A stretch of 32,000 nt of DNA, from assembly GCA_964574815.1 (NCBI GenBank), contig CAZNPL010000003.1, positions 100,861-132,860 of the forward strand, given 5' to 3'. This stretch comes from an uncultured Phycisphaeraceae bacterium (GTDB lineage Bacteria; Planctomycetota; Phycisphaerae; UBA1845). This document shows, piece by piece, positions 1 through 9,278 of the stretch. The notes below the pieces were generated by a model. The model did no database searches, was not told where the DNA came from, and saw nothing but the letters and a program-made list of their open reading frames with translations. The position numbers were made by a program, and so were the translations under genes. The stretch's first letter is position 1. Every line of letters starts with the position of its first letter.

Positions 1-17
1 CACGGAGGACGACGACG

Positions 18-2075
18 ATGTCACGGAAAACGCAGACGCGCGGCAAGTCGCCTGACGCACCTGTCCGCAAGCAAGCGGACGCAGAAACAGGTCAGCCGGT
101 CCCCAATCGGATCGAGCTCCGTTGCCTGCCGGGCAACATCTCGCTGGTGGCGCTGGCCGCCGAAAGTGAGGGCGAATCGATCCCGCGCTTCACGATGATC
201 GCCTACACCGGCGAGGCCATGCGCATCGAGGGCTGGCGGTTCCCCGTCGTGGTCGACCTCGACGGTCTGTCGATTCCGTCGCAGCGCAGGCCGGTTCGGT
301 TCGGCCACAGCATGTACGCCGGCGTGGGGCATACGGAACGAATCGCCGTCGAAGCGGGCCGGTTGATCGCCGAGGGCATCGTTTCCCGCGACACCGCTGC
401 GGCCCGCGAGGTCGTCGCCAGCGGGAAGCGCGGCTTCCCGTGGCAGGCGTCGATCGGCGCCCAGGTCGCGCAGGCCGAATTCGTGCGGAACGGAAAGAAC
501 ATCACGGTCAACGGCAGGACGTTCGACGGTCCGCTCTATGTTGCCCGCCGGACGGTGCTGGGCGAGATCAGTTTCGTCGACCTCGGAGCAGACACGAACA
601 CCACCGCGACCATCGCGGCGCAACAGCAGGAGAACGTACTCATGGACGACACGAACGACACGCAGGTCACGCAGACCGAAATCACGGATTCGCCGCCGGA
701 ACCGGCGCGCGAGACGCAGGCGGACGGGAATGGCACGGAGGCCCGCCCGCCCGTCAACCCGGTGGGTGAACTGCGCGCGCAGGCCTTGGCCGAAACGAAG
801 CGCATCGGCGCCATCCGGCGCATCTGCGCGGGCAAATTCTCGGAGATCGAGGAGAAGGCCATCGCCGAGGGCTGGACCGAGGAAAAGTGCGAGCTGGAGA
901 AGCTGCGGGCCTCGCGCCCCAAGGCGCCGGCCATCCACGCCGTGGAGAACGCGATGGGCGGCCAGGTCCTCGAAGCGGCGTGCATGCTCACGGGCAAGTC
1001 GGCCAAGGTCGAGGAGCTCTTTGACGAAAAGACCCTCGAAGCGGCTTCGAAGCGCTTTCGAGGCGGCATCGGATTGCAGGAGCTTCTGCTCGAAGCCGCA
1101 TGGGCCAACGGCTACACCGGCCGCAATTTCCGCGACAGCCGATCGGTGCTGCGCTTCGCCTTCGGCCAGAACCTTCAGGCGGCGTTCTCGACCATCGACA
1201 TCGGCGGCATCCTCTCAAACGTGGCGAATAAGTTCCTGGTGGAAGGCTTCTTTAGCGTCGAGCGGACCTGGCGGAACATCACCAGCGTCCGCAACGTCAG
1301 CGACTTCAAGACCGTCACGAGTTACCGGCTAGTCGGCAAGGACCAGTACGAGAAAGTCGCCCCCGGCGGCGAACTTAAGCACGGCACGCTGGGCGAGCTG
1401 GCGTACACCAACAAGGCCGACACGTACGGCCTGCTGCTGTCCATCGACCGTCGGGACATCATCAACGATGACCTGGGGGCGATCACGACCGTGCCGCGCA
1501 AGCTCGGTCGCGGATCGGGCTTGAAGATCAACGACGTGTTCTGGTCCACGTTTATGAACAACGCGGCGTTCTTCGCCGCGGGCAACAACAACTACCTGAC
1601 CGGCGCGGATACGACGCTGAGCATCGACGGCCTGACCAAGGCTGAGGTTGCGTTCCTGAACCAGACGGACCCGGACGGCAAGCCCATCGGCATCATGCCG
1701 CAGGTCATCTTGGTCCCCACGGCGCTCAGCGCGATGGGCACGATGCTGTTCAAGTCGCTGGAGATCCGCGACACGACGGCCTCGACCAAGTTCCCCGTGG
1801 CCAACCCGCACGCCGGCAAGTTCCGCGTCGAGGTCAGCCGGTATCTCTCCAACACGCAATACACCGGCTTCTCCGACAAGGCGTGGTATCTGCTGGCCGA
1901 TCCGACCGACCTGCCGGTCATCGAGGTCGCGTTCCTCAACGGGCAGGAGTCGCCCACGATCGAAACCGCCGAGGCCGACTTCCACGTGCTGGGCGTGCAG
2001 ATGCGCGGCTACCACGACTTCGGCGTCGCGCTTCAAGAGCCGCGCGGTGGGATCAAGAGCAAGGGCGAGGCGTAA
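18..2075 (+). CDS. Phage prohead protease / Mu-like major capsid protein fusion (685 aa)
   Basis: N-terminal part reads like a phage prohead protease (RFGHSMYAGVGHTERIAVEAGRLIAEG, VARRTVLGEISFVDLGAD), followed by an acidic linker. The C-terminal part resembles a Mu-type major head subunit (AFSTIDIGGILSNVANKFLVEGF, IMPQVILVPTALSAMG). Confidence 0.85.
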   Translation: MSRKTQTRGKSPDAPVRKQADAETGQPVPNRIELRCLPGNISLVALAAESEGESIPRFTMIAYTGEAMRIEGWRFPVVVDLDGLSIPSQRRPVRFGHSMYAGVGHTERIAVEAGRLIAEGIVSRDTAAAREVVASGKRGFPWQASIGAQVAQAEFVRNGKNITVNGRTFDGPLYVARRTVLGEISFVDLGADTNTTATIAAQQQENVLMDDTNDTQVTQTEITDSPPEPARETQADGNGTEARPPVNPVGELRAQALAETKRIGAIRRICAGKFSEIEEKAIAEGWTEEKCELEKLRASRPKAPAIHAVENAMGGQVLEAACMLTGKSAKVEELFDEKTLEAASKRFRGGIGLQELLLEAAWANGYTGRNFRDSRSVLRFAFGQNLQAAFSTIDIGGILSNVANKFLVEGFFSVERTWRNITSVRNVSDFKTVTSYRLVGKDQYEKVAPGGELKHGTLGELAYTNKADTYGLLLSIDRRDIINDDLGAITTVPRKLGRGSGLKINDVFWSTFMNNAAFFAAGNNNYLTGADTTLSIDGLTKAEVAFLNQTDPDGKPIGIMPQVILVPTALSAMGTMLFKSLEIRDTTASTKFPVANPHAGKFRVEVSRYLSNTQYTGFSDKAWYLLADPTDLPVIEVAFLNGQESPTIETAEADFHVLGVQMRGYHDFGVALQEPRGGIKSKGEA

Positions 2076-2102
2076 GCCCTGCAATCAAAGGAGTAATCCG
2101 AC

Positions 2103-2447
2103 ATGGCAACGTTCGTACAAGAAGGTGACAGCATCGAATACACGCCCGGCGTCGACCTGGCTGCCGGTGCTGTCGTGGCACAAGGCGTCCTGATCGGTGT
2201 GGCTATGAGGCCGATTCCGGCCAACACGCTCGGTGCGCTGAGAGTACGAGGCATTTTTGATTTGCCGAAGGAAGCCGGCGTACCTTTCGTCGAAGATTTT
2301 GGAGAGCGCGTTTATTGGGATCCCCTTGCCGGAGTAGCGACGCCTACTTCTACCGCACCCAATCAGCCGCTCGGTGCGACGGTACGTCCAGCTGCCGCTC
2401 CTGATCCGACCGTACGGGTTCTCGTGACTCCCAGCCTCGGCGCTTGA
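2103..2447 (+). CDS. DUF2190-like capsid decoration/stabilisation protein
   Basis: 114 aa small Gly/Ala-rich protein directly after the capsid gene. The motif pattern GDSIEYTPGVDLAAGAVVAQGVLIGVA...IPANTLGALRVRGIFDLPK is typical of DUF2190. Confidence 0.75.
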   Translation: MATFVQEGDSIEYTPGVDLAAGAVVAQGVLIGVAMRPIPANTLGALRVRGIFDLPKEAGVPFVEDFGERVYWDPLAGVATPTSTAPNQPLGATVRPAAAPDPTVRVLVTPSLGA

Positions 2448-2834
2448 TTGATGGCTGACCTGCTCGAACAAGGCGTTTCGTGGCTGGACGGGATGCGGGA
2501 GACGCACCTGTCGCGCGCGGTCACGTACCAACGCGGCGTCGAATCCATCGACCTTGCGGCCACGTCGGGGTCCACGACCTACGAGGTCGCCGACGAAGCG
2601 GGCGTGATCGTGCAGGCCAAGGCCACGGATTTCATCGTGTCGGCTGAGGCCCTCGTGCTCGGCGGTGCGGCAACGAAACCGCAGGTGGGTGATCGGATTC
2701 GCCTGCCAAGTGCAACCAAGGTGCTGATCTTCGAGGTGCTCGACCTGGGAGGTGCGGGTCACTACAGACCCTCGGACCCGCACGGAAAGATGCTGCGGAT
2801 TCACGCCAAGCAGGTGGATGAGGAACCGTTGTGA
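2448..2834 (+). CDS. Phage structural protein, putative head-tail region
   Basis: 128 aa ORF starting at the stop of the previous gene and lying in the syntenic head-tail position. Family inferred from position only. Confidence 0.5.
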   Translation: MMADLLEQGVSWLDGMRETHLSRAVTYQRGVESIDLAATSGSTTYEVADEAGVIVQAKATDFIVSAEALVLGGAATKPQVGDRIRLPSATKVLIFEVLDLGGAGHYRPSDPHGKMLRIHAKQVDEEPL

Positions 2835-2846
2835 TCGGAAGCTGAC

Positions 2847-3209
2847 ATGGCGCGACGCTGGCTTAACTCGATGGACGTGGAGGTATCGCCAAACGGCGCG
2901 CCGCTGTTCGACGTGGCCGGGTGCGCGTCGTTCGTCGGCGGCACCAAGACCGTGCCGTCAGCGGCTACGCCGCAGGCGCTGGTCGCTTCGTCTACGCCGT
3001 GTCGGTTCGTGTGGATCGGAGCGCGGGTGGACAACAACGGCAATCCACAAAACACCGCTCCGTGCTTCATCGGCGACTCGGCGGGACAGAACATCCCGAT
3101 CCTGCCCAGCAACTACGAGGGCGTCGTCATCCGCATCGACGACGCCAGCAAGGTCTTCGTGCGGGTGGTAGTGAACAACCAGGGCGTGGTGTACCGGATC
3201 TTCGCGTAG
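2847..3209 (+). CDS. Hypothetical phage structural protein
   Basis: 120 aa ORF, tight spacing, same strand and module. Sequence is protein-like (GVVIRIDDASKVFVRVVVNNQGVVYRIFA). Confidence 0.5.
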   Translation: MARRWLNSMDVEVSPNGAPLFDVAGCASFVGGTKTVPSAATPQALVASSTPCRFVWIGARVDNNGNPQNTAPCFIGDSAGQNIPILPSNYEGVVIRIDDASKVFVRVVVNNQGVVYRIFA

Positions 3210-3217
3210 GAGCTGTC

Positions 3218-4057
3218 GTGGCCGTCTTTACGAGCATTCAAACCGGCAACTGGCACACCGCGACCACCTGGGATCAGGGAGCGATCCCCAATCTCAGCGT
3301 GGACGACGTCGTTGTTGCCCCAGGCCACACGGTCACGTTCGGGGCCGGCCAGTATGCCTCGCTCGCGCCGGGTCGGCTCATCCTGGTGGTTGCAGGCGGC
3401 ACGCTCAGGATTCAAGGCGCGCTCGAGGCCTACAACAGCGAGATTCACCTATTCGGCACGCTGACCTCGGAAGGCGACTACGTCTATGTATGGGGCAGCG
3501 CTGAACTGTTTGTCTATCCCGGCGCCACGCTTACGGTCACTACCGGCTTCTACCTCGCGTATAGCGCGACGGCGAGCATCCAGGGGCAGATGACCATCGA
3601 GTCGGGGGCTTTGGCCGACCTGTTCAACTACCCCACGCTGATGCTGGAAGCTGGCGGCACCATCCAGACCTACGGCACTTGGTACATCGAATGGAACAGC
3701 CAAGCCACGATCCGCGACGACTTCAGCATCGAGGACGGCGGTACGGTAAGTCTTTTCGACTATCCGGTGGTCACCATCGAGGGCAGCGGCGCCGCGTTCG
3801 TCTACGGGACGTTCTACGTTGCATGGAACGCTCGCTGCGAGCTGTTCGGCTACCTGGGCGTCGCCAGCACTGGTCTGCTCTCCGTCAGCAGTACCGGTCT
3901 GATCAATGTCTATAAGGATATCCGTCTCGGCGGGCGGCTGACCGGCGGCGGCAAGATCGTGATGCTGCGCCGCGAGGGCCGCATCCTGGACTTCAACGAT
4001 AACCCCGTGTTCGTGCTGGACCGCGCCTTCGGCTACAGCAAGGCGCTCGTTGCGTGA
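3218..4057 (+). CDS. G8-like / parallel beta-helix repeat protein, possible virion surface or fibre-like protein
   Basis: Better start is GTG 3218 with upstream aggag (the track ORF begins at 2921 but overlaps the previous gene). N-terminus GNWHTATTWDQGAIPNLSVDDVVVAPGHTVTFGAG matches the G8-type start, followed by beta-rung repeats (LFGTLTSEGDYVYVWGSAELFVYPGATLTVT...). Confidence 0.65.
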   Translation: MAVFTSIQTGNWHTATTWDQGAIPNLSVDDVVVAPGHTVTFGAGQYASLAPGRLILVVAGGTLRIQGALEAYNSEIHLFGTLTSEGDYVYVWGSAELFVYPGATLTVTTGFYLAYSATASIQGQMTIESGALADLFNYPTLMLEAGGTIQTYGTWYIEWNSQATIRDDFSIEDGGTVSLFDYPVVTIEGSGAAFVYGTFYVAWNARCELFGYLGVASTGLLSVSSTGLINVYKDIRLGGRLTGGGKIVMLRREGRILDFNDNPVFVLDRAFGYSKALVA

Positions 4058-4065
4058 GGTGAATC

Positions 4066-4413
4066 ATGCCCCCTTTGAATCCCGACATCCCGCAGGAAGT
4101 GCAAGACCGGCTGAACCGCACGCCGGCGCAGCGGAAGGCTGATCTTGAAGCCAGTCGGCAGGCGCGGCTGGACGCGATGACGCCGGAGCAAAGGCAAGCC
4201 GCGCAGGCGCACATCGATCGGATCAACGCCATTCCCGACGACAAGCGTCCGGCGTTCGTCCAGGGCGCGCGTCTGGCAGTGACCGCAAAAACGATCAAGG
4301 CGCGCGTCGATGACGGCATGCCCATGCGCGACGTGCTTGATGCGCTCGACGTGGAAGAGACGACGGCAGTGAACTGGCTGGCGGACCAGGTAGCGGCGGC
4401 GAGGACACCGTAA
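4066..4413 (+). CDS. Hypothetical phage protein
   Basis: 115 aa, overlaps the next start by 1 nt (ATG at 4413), as expected for a translationally coupled phage gene. Confidence 0.5.
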   Translation: MPPLNPDIPQEVQDRLNRTPAQRKADLEASRQARLDAMTPEQRQAAQAHIDRINAIPDDKRPAFVQGARLAVTAKTIKARVDDGMPMRDVLDALDVEETTAVNWLADQVAAARTP

Positions 4414-4838
4414 TGTCGCAAATCACCGACATCGCCGACGCAGTCGTCGCCGCTCTGAACGGTCAGACGTTCAGTCAGCCGGTAGCAGCCGAGCGGGCGT
4501 ATCGAGCGGCCTTCGACCTTCAGGAGATGAAGGACCTGCACGTAACCGTGGTGCCCAAGGGCGTGGAACTGGTCACCGCCGGGCGCGGCCTGGCGCAGAG
4601 CGACGTGCAGATCGACATCGGCGTGCAGAAGAAGCTGGGCACCGGCGACGACGCGGAGATAGACGAGTTGATGGGCCTGGTGCAGGAGATCACCGAGTTC
4701 GTACGGGCAACCCGGCAGTTCGGCGACGCCGTGTGGGTGAAGAGCGAGAACACGCCCATCTACTCGCAGGAGCATCTAGGCGAGCTGCGCCAGTTCACGA
4801 GCGTGCTGACGCTTACGCTACGGGTGATGACCACATGA
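4413..4838 (+). CDS. Hypothetical head-tail/tail completion protein
   Basis: 141 aa, positional synteny before the gp10-like protein, ATGA overlap with the next gene. Confidence 0.5.
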   Translation: MSQITDIADAVVAALNGQTFSQPVAAERAYRAAFDLQEMKDLHVTVVPKGVELVTAGRGLAQSDVQIDIGVQKKLGTGDDAEIDELMGLVQEITEFVRATRQFGDAVWVKSENTPIYSQEHLGELRQFTSVLTLTLRVMTT

Positions 4839-5275
4839 TCCGTATGGTGACCAAGCAGATGTTCTTCGACCGGAAGGCGGTCACAAGCAGGGTGGACCGC
4901 GCGACGCGGAAGGTGTTGTCGCGCTTCGGGGCGTTCGTGCGGACCGGTGCTCGGCACAGTATCCGCAAGCGCAAGGCGACCAGCGCGCCGGGCGAGCCGC
5001 CGAGCTCGCACACCGGGCTGCTGCGGAAGTTCATCTTCTTCGGCTACGACCGCGACCGCCGCAGCGTCGTCATCGGCCCGCAACGATTGAACCAGAAGGT
5101 CGGCGACGCGCCGCACGCGCTCGAATACGGCGGCACCTCCACTGTGGTCGAGGGATTGCGGAGCAGGCGGAAAAAACGCCGCATTAAGGTTGCAGCTAGG
5201 CCCTTCATGGGACCGGCGTTCGAGCGCGAGCAACCGAAGCTGCCGGCGATGTGGGCGAAAAGCATCAAGGCGTAG
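4835..5275 (+). CDS. HK97 gp10-like tail completion protein
   Basis: ATG at 4835 (in frame with the 4733 ORF) overlaps the previous stop. Pattern RVDRATRKVLSRFGAFVRTGARHSIRKRK...GEPPSSHTGLLRKFI...RPFMGPAFE is gp10-like. Confidence 0.6.
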   Translation: MIRMVTKQMFFDRKAVTSRVDRATRKVLSRFGAFVRTGARHSIRKRKATSAPGEPPSSHTGLLRKFIFFGYDRDRRSVVIGPQRLNQKVGDAPHALEYGGTSTVVEGLRSRRKKRRIKVAARPFMGPAFEREQPKLPAMWAKSIKA

Positions 5276-5287
5276 GAGGCCGTTGAC

Positions 5288-5719
5288 ATGGCGACTTTCA
5301 TTCTGGGCATGAATGCCAAGATTTATCAGGGCACGGCGGGCGATCCGCTCGCGTCGCTGGCCGAAATGGGCAACGTCCGCGACGTGACGCTGACCCTTGA
5401 GGCGGGCGAGGCGGACATCACCACGCGTGCCAACTCCGGCTGGCGAGCGACCGCCCCGACACTGCGCGAATGCACCGCCGAGTTCGAGATGGTCTGGAAA
5501 CCGGGCGACGCGGGGTTCGATGCGGTCAAGAACGCGTTCCTGACCAGCACCACCCTGGAGCTTGCCATCCTCGATCAGGACAAGGCCACCGCCGGTGCGC
5601 AGGGTCCAAAGGGATCGTTCTCGATCACGTCGTTCTCCCGCAACGAGGCACTCGAGGAGGCCATCACCGTGTCGGTGACGGCCAAACTCGCGGAATTCGA
5701 CGAATGGGTGGTGGTGTAA
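5288..5719 (+). CDS. Phage major tail tube protein
   Basis: 143 aa: GMNAKIYQGTAG..LAEMGNVRDVTLTLEAGEADITTRANSGWRATAPTLRECTAEFEMVW. Located before the chaperone and tape measure genes. Confidence 0.75.
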   Translation: MATFILGMNAKIYQGTAGDPLASLAEMGNVRDVTLTLEAGEADITTRANSGWRATAPTLRECTAEFEMVWKPGDAGFDAVKNAFLTSTTLELAILDQDKATAGAQGPKGSFSITSFSRNEALEEAITVSVTAKLAEFDEWVVV

Positions 5720-5721
5720 TC

Positions 5722-6201
5722 ATGAAGACCTTTACCGATACAGCCAGGCGTACCTGGACGATCGCGCTGACCATCGACGCGGCCAAGCGGGTCAAGGGCC
5801 TGCTCGACGTGAACCTGCTGGAATTGGAATCCGGCGACCCGCCGTTGCTGACACGTCTTGGCACGGACGTGATCCTGCTGTGCGACGTGATCTTCGCATT
5901 GGTCAAACCGCAGGCCGACACCGCCGGCGTGACCGACGAGCAGTTCGGCGCGGCACTGGGCGGCGAGGCGATCCTGGCGGCGCAGACGGCGCTGTACGAG
6001 GAACTCGTCCATTTTTTCCGGGGCCTGGGCCGAAACGATCTGGCCAAAGCCGTCGAGGCCCAGCGGCGGATGATCGACCTGGCGGTCAGCAGGATCGAGA
6101 CGCGGATCGACAAGCTGGACCTCGAAGCCGCGATCGAGACGACCCTTGGCGAGTCATTTACGAACTTGCCGGCGTCTGCGGCGTCGATCCCGGCCCGCTG
6201 A
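5722..6201 (+). CDS. Tail assembly chaperone-like protein (zero-frame product)
   Basis: ATG at 5722 in frame with the track ORF ending at 6201. Helical protein between the tail tube and tape measure genes, the position of gpG-type chaperones. Confidence 0.6.
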   Translation: MKTFTDTARRTWTIALTIDAAKRVKGLLDVNLLELESGDPPLLTRLGTDVILLCDVIFALVKPQADTAGVTDEQFGAALGGEAILAAQTALYEELVHFFRGLGRNDLAKAVEAQRRMIDLAVSRIETRIDKLDLEAAIETTLGESFTNLPASAASIPAR

Positions 6202-6431
6202 CGCTCCGCGAACTGTTGTGGATGGCCGAAGCCCGCGGCCGAGAAGGCTGGGCGCATACGTCGGCGATCCTCACGTTGATCGCCAACGTGAACCGCGACC
6301 CTAAGAAGACCCGGCCCTTCAAGCCCAGCGACTTCGACCCCTACTCGGCGAAGGACCGGCGCGAGGATGCGATTGAAGTGAAAGACATGGCGGTCCTGCG
6401 GGACGCATTTAACCCCAACCCCGGAAGGTGA
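6149..6431 (+). CDS. Second tail chaperone-like reading frame, -1 relative to the 5722 gene (possible frameshift extension or overlapping gene; start approximate)
   Basis: From about 6149 the -1 frame reads VIYELAGVCGVDPGPLTLRELLWMAEARGREGWAHTSAILTLIANVNRDPKKTRPFKPSDFDPYS, which is clearly protein-like, and it ends just before the tape measure gene. Confidence 0.5.
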
Positions 6432-6441
6432 CGAGTGACGC

Positions 6442-8454
6442 ATGCCCCAGGCGGGAGCCATTCGAGCGGGTCGTGCGTTCGTCGAGCTGTTCGCCGACGA
6501 CAGCAAGCTCGTGCGCGGGTTGAAGCGCGCCCAGGCCAAGCTCAAAGCCTTCGGTGAAGGCGTCCGCAACTTGGGCCTCAAACTCGCCGGCCTGGGGTCG
6601 GCCATCGTCGCGCCGCTGATCGCTTCGACGAAGGTCTTCGCCAAGATGGGCGACGACCTTGCCAAGATGTCAGCGCGAACCGGCTTTTCCGTCGAATCGC
6701 TCTCCGAGTTGGGCTTCGCCGCCGAACTGTCGGGTACGAGCATCGAGGTGCTTGAGAACGGCATCCGCAAGATGCAGCGGACGATCGTGGACGCCGCCAC
6801 CGGTATGCAGAGCGCGCAGGAGGCGCTGTCGATCCTCGGTCTGACTGTCGCGGACCTCGACAAGCTTTCCCCCGAAGAGCAATTCAAGCTCATCGCCGAC
6901 CGGCTGGCCGCCATCGAGGACCCCACCCTCAAGGCCGCCGTCGCGATGGAGCTGTTCGGGCGCAGCGGAACGCAGCTTCTGCCCATGCTGAACGCCGGAG
7001 CGGCGGGCATCGAGCAACTTCAGGAACAGGCCCGCAAGCTGGGGCTGACCATCTCCACTAAAGACGCCAAGGCCGCCGAGCGCTTCACCGACACGCTTTC
7101 CATCATGTGGCGGGTGCTCAAGCAGAACGTCTTCGTGGTCGGCTCGGCCCTGGTGCCCGTGCTGACGCGAGCGGCGAACTGGCTGACGAACATCGCCGTG
7201 GTCGCGGCCGACTGGATCAAGCAGAACAAGGAACTGATCGTCACCATCTTCAAAGTGGCCGTCGCAACTGTCGGTGCGGGCGCGGCGCTGGTCGTGCTGG
7301 GCACTGCGATCACGGGTGTGGCGAAGGCGCTGGGCGTGCTGGCCGTCGTGATCACCGGGGTCGGGACGGCGCTCAAACTGCTCGGCGCGGTGCTTGCGTT
7401 TCTCGTCTCGCCCATCGGCCTGGTCATCACGGCTGTCGTGGCGCTCGGTGTCGCCATTCTTCACGTCACCGGCGCTGGCGCGAAGGCCCTGGGCTGGCTG
7501 GGTGAGAAGTTCAACGTGCTCAAGGAGGACGCCATCTCTGCCTATCAGGGCATCGCCGACGCCCTGGCCACCGGAGATATCGCCCTGGCGGCGAAGATTC
7601 TCTGGCTGACCCTGAAGATGGAGTGGACGCGGGGGATCAACTTCCTGGAGAAGGCCTGGCTCAACTTCCGCAACTTCTTCATCCAGATCGGCGTCGATGC
7701 GTGGCACGGTCTGCTCGCCGCCGTCGAGGTGGTCTGGCACTCCCTCCAGGTCGGGTGGATCGAAACGACGGCATTCCTCTCCAAGACCTGGACACAGTTC
7801 ACCAGTTGGGTGCAGGAGGCGTGGGCCTGGACGGGCCGGCAGCTCGCCAAGGCGTGGAACTTCCTGCGCAAGCAGTTCGATTCGAGCTTCGACGCGGACG
7901 CGGCGAACCGCGCCGCCGAGGAGTTCTACCAGTCGCGCAAGGCCCAAATCGAAATGCAGACCGGCCAGGCGCTCGCCGACCGCGAGGCCCAGCGACAGCG
8001 CGACCGTGAAAAGTCTGCACGCGACCACGAAGGTGCGATGGCCGAGATCGGCCGCGAGAACCTCGAAAAGCATCGAGAACTCGACGCCGAGTATGAACGG
8101 CGCATCGCCGAGAACGAGGCCGACCTCGCCCGGGCGCGGAAGGAGTGGCAGGACGCGCTGGCCGAGGCTCGGCGCAAACGTGCGGCCAAGGAAGCGGCCG
8201 ACGGGGCGGAAGAGATCGAAGGGCCGGAAGACCTGCTCGGCAAGATTCGCACGAGTCTTTCCGGCTTGGGCGATCTGCTCGAAACAGCGAAGGAACGCAC
8301 CATCAACGTGATCGGCACGTTCAACGCCTCGGCGCTGCTGGGCCTACAGGCTGGAAGCGCTGACGACCGCATCGCCAGCGCCACCGAGCGCACGGCCAAG
8401 GGAATCGACGGTCTGCGTCTGGACGTGCGCAACAACCGCGCGGCCTTTTCGTGA
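6442..8454 (+). CDS. Phage tail tape measure protein
   Basis: 670 aa. GxxIVAPLIASTKVFAKMGDDLAKMSARTGFSVESLSELGFAAELSG, central hydrophobic segments and a C-terminal coiled coil rich in E/R/K. Confidence 0.85.
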   Translation: MPQAGAIRAGRAFVELFADDSKLVRGLKRAQAKLKAFGEGVRNLGLKLAGLGSAIVAPLIASTKVFAKMGDDLAKMSARTGFSVESLSELGFAAELSGTSIEVLENGIRKMQRTIVDAATGMQSAQEALSILGLTVADLDKLSPEEQFKLIADRLAAIEDPTLKAAVAMELFGRSGTQLLPMLNAGAAGIEQLQEQARKLGLTISTKDAKAAERFTDTLSIMWRVLKQNVFVVGSALVPVLTRAANWLTNIAVVAADWIKQNKELIVTIFKVAVATVGAGAALVVLGTAITGVAKALGVLAVVITGVGTALKLLGAVLAFLVSPIGLVITAVVALGVAILHVTGAGAKALGWLGEKFNVLKEDAISAYQGIADALATGDIALAAKILWLTLKMEWTRGINFLEKAWLNFRNFFIQIGVDAWHGLLAAVEVVWHSLQVGWIETTAFLSKTWTQFTSWVQEAWAWTGRQLAKAWNFLRKQFDSSFDADAANRAAEEFYQSRKAQIEMQTGQALADREAQRQRDREKSARDHEGAMAEIGRENLEKHRELDAEYERRIAENEADLARARKEWQDALAEARRKRAAKEAADGAEEIEGPEDLLGKIRTSLSGLGDLLETAKERTINVIGTFNASALLGLQAGSADDRIASATERTAKGIDGLRLDVRNNRAAFS

Positions 8455-8462
8455 GATGATCC

Positions 8463-9275
8463 ATGCCGGTAACGCTCACCGAGAAACTCGACAGCCGCAA
8501 GTGGACCACCGGCGACAACGCCTCGGTGGAGATGGTCTATATCCTCACCGGTACGAGCGACGACCTCACCGCCAAGGTGCTGATCGAGAACTCCACGGCC
8601 ATCTACTACAATGGTCTGGTCCGCCAGTCGATCCAGATCGAGCCGGAGTGGGTGGACGAAACCACCGGCGAAGGCCAGTGGAACGCCACGGTGCGCTACG
8701 GCGTGCGGCCCCCGATCGAGGTGGGAGAGTCGTCGTTCGCCTTCGATACCTCCGGCGGCGCGCAGCACATCACCCAGTCGCTCGCGACCATCGCCAGTTA
8801 CGCCGCCAGCGGAACCCCTCCCAACTTCGGCGGCGCGGTCGGCGTCACCCACGACAGCGTCGAAGGCGTGGACATCACCATCCCGGTCTACAGTTTTTCG
8901 GAAACGCATTTCCTCGACGCCGCGTTCGTCACCCCGGCCTACTACGGCACGCTGTTCAACCTCACGGGCAAGGTCAACAACGCCTCGTTCAAAGGTTTGG
9001 CCGCTGGCGAATGCCTGTTTCTGGGTGCATCCGGCTCGAAGCGCGGCACGGAGGATTGGGAGATCACCTTCCGCTTCGCGGGTTCGCCCAACCGCACCGG
9101 CCTGGTGGTCGGTCCTATGACGGGCATCGCCAAGAAAGGCTGGGAGTATATGTGGGTCCGCTACGCGGACTCGGAAGACACCGTCGCCAAGGCCATCGTG
9201 AAGAAACCCGTCGCCGCCTACATCGAGCGCGTCTACGACGAAGGCGACTTCTCCCTGTTGGGCATCGGAGTGTAG
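8463..9275 (+). CDS. Phage tail-associated protein, unknown family
   Basis: 270 aa, immediately downstream of the tape measure gene, beta-rich composition. Confidence 0.5.
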   Translation: MPVTLTEKLDSRKWTTGDNASVEMVYILTGTSDDLTAKVLIENSTAIYYNGLVRQSIQIEPEWVDETTGEGQWNATVRYGVRPPIEVGESSFAFDTSGGAQHITQSLATIASYAASGTPPNFGGAVGVTHDSVEGVDITIPVYSFSETHFLDAAFVTPAYYGTLFNLTGKVNNASFKGLAAGECLFLGASGSKRGTEDWEITFRFAGSPNRTGLVVGPMTGIAKKGWEYMWVRYADSEDTVAKAIVKKPVAAYIERVYDEGDFSLLGIGV

Positions 9276-9278
9276 CCG

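Noticed and set aside
1329-2084. 251-aa minus-strand ORF
   Set aside because: Antisense to the capsid domain, no recognisable motifs.
2921-3217. N-terminal extension of the 378-aa track ORF
   Set aside because: Overlaps the 2847-3209 gene and reads as arginine/glutamine-rich shadow sequence. GTG at 3218 with an aggag box is a better start.
6012-6018. T_TTT_TTC as a proven frameshift site
   Set aside because: Phase is right, but about 130 nt of poor -1-frame sequence follows, so it is reported only as part of a tentative finding.
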